64,000 bases of DNA. Origin: Candidatus Cloacimonadales bacterium (GTDB lineage Bacteria; Cloacimonadota; Cloacimonadia; Cloacimonadales; JAIOQZ01). A program made the position numbers and the translations under genes. The stretch's first letter is position 1, and every line of letters begins with the position of its first letter. The notes beneath the pieces are model-generated. The model worked only from the letters and a program-made list of their open reading frames with translations, searched no databases and was not told where the DNA came from. The DNA is taken from contig CAXXTU010000002.1 of the NCBI GenBank assembly GCA_963662655.2, positions 928,001-992,000 on the forward strand, given 5' to 3'. Positions 61,209 to 64,000 of this stretch are shown piece after piece.

Positions 61209-64000
61209 TTAGTCCTGAGCAACTTTTCCGCAACATTTTTTGTATTTCTTACCGCTGCCGCATGGGCAGGGATCGTTCATTCCGACCTTGGTTCCAACAT
61301 GGCGAGGCTGGATTTTCTCGCGTTTTCTCGGCGGAGCCGGATGGTCCGTCGGCTGATCTTGGGCGGGAGTTCCAGAATATGCGGAGACATCTCGATGGAG
61401 CGCATTGGAGCGCTGCAGGAGTCTGTCGACGTCGTCCGGCGACATTCCCGCCGGTACGATGTAGGTTGTGAACACGCGTTTCGCAACCTGCTCGTGAATC
61501 CGTTCAATCAATGCCCTGAACAGCTCGTAGCCTTCCTTTTTGTATTCGATCAAAGGATCCTTGTTCGCGTATGCACGGAGCCCAACGCCCTCTTTGAGCA
61601 AATCCATCTCGTGCAGATGATCGCGCCATTGCTCATCGACTACGATCAGCAAGGTACGACGCTCGAGCTCGCGCATCGAATCGGCTCCGAGGATTTCTTC
61701 TTTCTTCTGGTAAGCTCTCAGAGCGAGCGCAATCAGGTTGTCCGTGACATCGCTCATGTCGCGCACGCCTTTGATAATCTCGCGCTCCGTGATCTCCAGT
61801 CCGAAATTCGATTTGAACCACCCAACGATCCGGTCGTACTTCCAGTTCTCCTGATACTCGATTTCACTGAGCTGGCCTTCGACGACGCTACGTACGACTT
61901 CGCGAATCATCTCCTTGATCTCTTCCTGGAGATCGTAGCCCTTCAGAACGTTCCTGCGGAAACTATAGATCACTTCGCGCTGCTGGTTCATCACTTCATC
62001 GTACTTGATCAGGTTCTTACGGATGTTGAAATTGTGCTCTTCCACCTTCTTCTGGGCTTTTTCAACCGCGCCTGTCATCCACGGGTGCGTGATCGCCTGG
62101 CCCTCTTCGATGCCGATTTTCTTCATCATGCCGGCAACGCGGTCCGAGCCGAACAAGCGCATGAGATCGTCTTCGAGCGAGAGATAGAACCTTGAAGTAC
62201 CCGGATCACCCTGACGCCCCGCGCGACCGCGCAACTGGCGGTCGATTCGGCGGCTCTCGTGACGTTCGGTGCCGATCACGTGCAAACCGTCAACGGGACG
62301 GCCAAGGGGATATTCTTCCGTCATCTTCTTCTGAAGCGACTGATAGAACTCCTTCTCTTCGGTCACAACGTCCTTTCCGAGCTTGATGTCCGTACCGCGA
62401 CCCGCCATGTTGGTGGCGATGGTCACCGTTCCCGGTTCACCGGCAAACTTGACGATCTCCGCCTCGCGTTCGTGCTGCTTCGCGTTGAGCACCTCGTGCT
62501 TGATTCCCTCGCGGCGCAGAAGTCGGGCAAGGATTTCGGAGACATCCACAGAAACCGTACCGACCAGCACCGGCTTCTTCTTCTCGTGCCAGTACTTGAT
62601 CTCATCGATGATCGCCTTGTACTTGTCGAGTTTGGTGAGATAGATCATGTCATCGTAGTCGATACGGGTGATGGGCATGTGCGTTGGTATCACTTTGACC
62701 GGCAAATTGTATATCTCGGCGAACTCAGCCTCTTCCGTGACGGCGGTACCGGTCATGCCGGCAAGTTTGTCGTACATGCGGAAGAAGTTCTGATAGGTGA
62801 TGGTGGCCAGCGTCTGGCTCGCATCTTCGATCTTGACGTTTTCTTTGGCCTCGAGCGCTTGGTGAAGTCCGTCGCTGAATCTTCTTCCCGGCATCAGGCG
62901 TCCGGTAAACTCGTCAACGATCATCACCTTGTTGTCCTGCACAACGTAATCGACGTCCTTCTCAAAGAGCGCATGGGCCTTGAGAAGCTGGCTGATGTTG
63001 TGAAGACGCTCGCTTTTATCCATGAATTCCTGGGTGACTCTGTTGCGTTCTTTATCCTTCTCTTCGAACGTCAGTCTATCATTTTTGTCCACTCTTTCGA
63101 GAAGCTCGTCCAGCGTTTCCATCACGAAGAGATCGCGGTCGTACTTCGACATCATGTCGCGACCTTTTTCGCAAAGGTCTGCCGAATGCGCGTGCTCGTC
63201 GATCACGTAGAAGAGCTGTTCGTCGATAAGCGGCATCTTCTTGTCACGGAGGTAGTAGCCCTCGAAGTCGCTAACAAGCTTCTTTGCATAAGAGTCTTTC
63301 ATCAGCTTCATGAACTGCTTGTTCTTGGGGGCGCCGCGCTTCACCGTGAGTAGTTTGCGTCCGATATCGTCGATATTGTAGTCGTCGGATTCCAAGCCCT
63401 TGCGTATCTCGCTTGCAATACGATTGAGCATGAGGTCTTGCGCGTCGACGACGTGCTTCAAGGACGCACGGATGTCCGTGTAAAAGTTTTTGGATTCCGC
63501 GACCGGACCGCTGATGATGAGGGGCGTACGCGCTTCATCGACAAGCACGCTATCGACCTCGTCCACGATGGCGTAGTAGAGGTCGCGCTGTACCAGTTGC
63601 CTGGCGGAGACAGCCATGTTGTCGCGGAGGTAATCGAAGCCAAACTCGCTGTTGGTGCCGTAGGTGATGTCCTTTTTGTAGGCTTCCTGACGATCGGCAA
63701 ACGCCATGTCATTGATGATGCAACCGACGGAGAGATCGTGGTACTCGAAAATCGGCGTCATCCACTCGGAGTCGCGTTGGGCAAGGTAGTCGTTAACCGT
63801 GATCAGGTGACAGCCACGCCCGGTAAGTGCGTTCAGGAACAGCGGCAGCGTTGCGACCAGCGTCTTGCCTTCGCCCGTTGCCATCTCGGCGATGTTCCCG
63901 TTGTGCAGGGCGATTCCGCCGATAAGCTGAACATCGAACGGTACCATGTGCCAGGTTTCGGTATTGCCGCGGACATCGTACTCATGCCCGGTCAGCCGTT
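61209..64000 (-). CDS. secA: Preprotein translocase SecA (5' end outside the window)
   Basis: MATGEGKT, DEVDS, IATNMAGRGTDI, GRQGDPG, C-terminal CPCGSGKKYKKCC; frame stays open upstream of 63947 to the window edge. Confidence 0.97.
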   Translation of the reverse strand, partial: RLTGHEYDVRGNTETWHMVPFDVQLIGGIALHNGNIAEMATGEGKTLVATLPLFLNALTGRGCHLITVNDYLAQRDSEWMTPIFEYHDLSVGCIINDMAFADRQEAYKKDITYGTNSEFGFDYLRDNMAVSARQLVQRDLYYAIVDEVDSVLVDEARTPLIISGPVAESKNFYTDIRASLKHVVDAQDLMLNRIASEIRKGLESDDYNIDDIGRKLLTVKRGAPKNKQFMKLMKDSYAKKLVSDFEGYYLRDKKMPLIDEQLFYVIDEHAHSADLCEKGRDMMSKYDRDLFVMETLDELLERVDKNDRLTFEEKDKERNRVTQEFMDKSERLHNISQLLKAHALFEKDVDYVVQDNKVMIVDEFTGRLMPGRRFSDGLHQALEAKENVKIEDASQTLATITYQNFFRMYDKLAGMTGTAVTEEAEFAEIYNLPVKVIPTHMPITRIDYDDMIYLTKLDKYKAIIDEIKYWHEKKKPVLVGTVSVDVSEILARLLRREGIKHEVLNAKQHEREAEIVKFAGEPGTVTIATNMAGRGTDIKLGKDVVTEEKEFYQSLQKKMTEEYPLGRPVDGLHVIGTERHESRRIDRQLRGRAGRQGDPGTSRFYLSLEDDLMRLFGSDRVAGMMKKIGIEEGQAITHPWMTGAVEKAQKKVEEHNFNIRKNLIKYDEVMNQQREVIYSFRRNVLKGYDLQEEIKEMIREVVRSVVEGQLSEIEYQENWKYDRIVGWFKSNFGLEITEREIIKGVRDMSDVTDNLIALALRAYQKKEEILGADSMRELERRTLLIVVDEQWRDHLHEMDLLKEGVGLRAYANKDPLIEYKKEGYELFRALIERIHEQVAKRVFTTYIVPAGMSPDDVDRLLQRSNALHRDVSAYSGTPAQDQPTDHPAPPRKREKIQPRHVGTKVGMNDPCPCGSGKKYKKCCGKVAQD

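Overview
64 kb of a bacterial chromosome (standard genetic code), probably Candidatus Cloacimonadota or another FCB-group anaerobe. This is inferred from four secreted proteins ending in the PNPFNP/FlgD-Ig C-terminal domain, plus waaA and a type III glutamine synthetase. Most of the window is housekeeping or metabolic (ptrB, GSIII, tsaB, pdp, hisC, PhoH2, alr, amrS, waaA, rmuC, topA, partial secA). The main accessory locus is 53.0-56.3 kb. It holds an AT-rich Abi-type (Abi-P2-like, YRDD) reverse transcriptase broken by one in-frame TGA, then a SatD-family cyclase-fold/HTH gene, an array of 18-bp palindromes with 29-bp phasing, and a DUF3307 membrane protein. Other unusual items: a ~225-nt multi-stem intergenic element (11965-12187); a dispersed 104-nt hairpin in two copies with compensatory changes (43875, 57126); five tandem paralogous outer-membrane beta-barrel-like genes (21.6-25.0 kb); an alanine racemase with a ~270-aa C-terminal extension; and a 38-aa basic small ORF missed by the ORF track. 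No rRNA, tRNA, CRISPR array or transposase was recognised. All family calls come from motif recognition by eye, not database searches.
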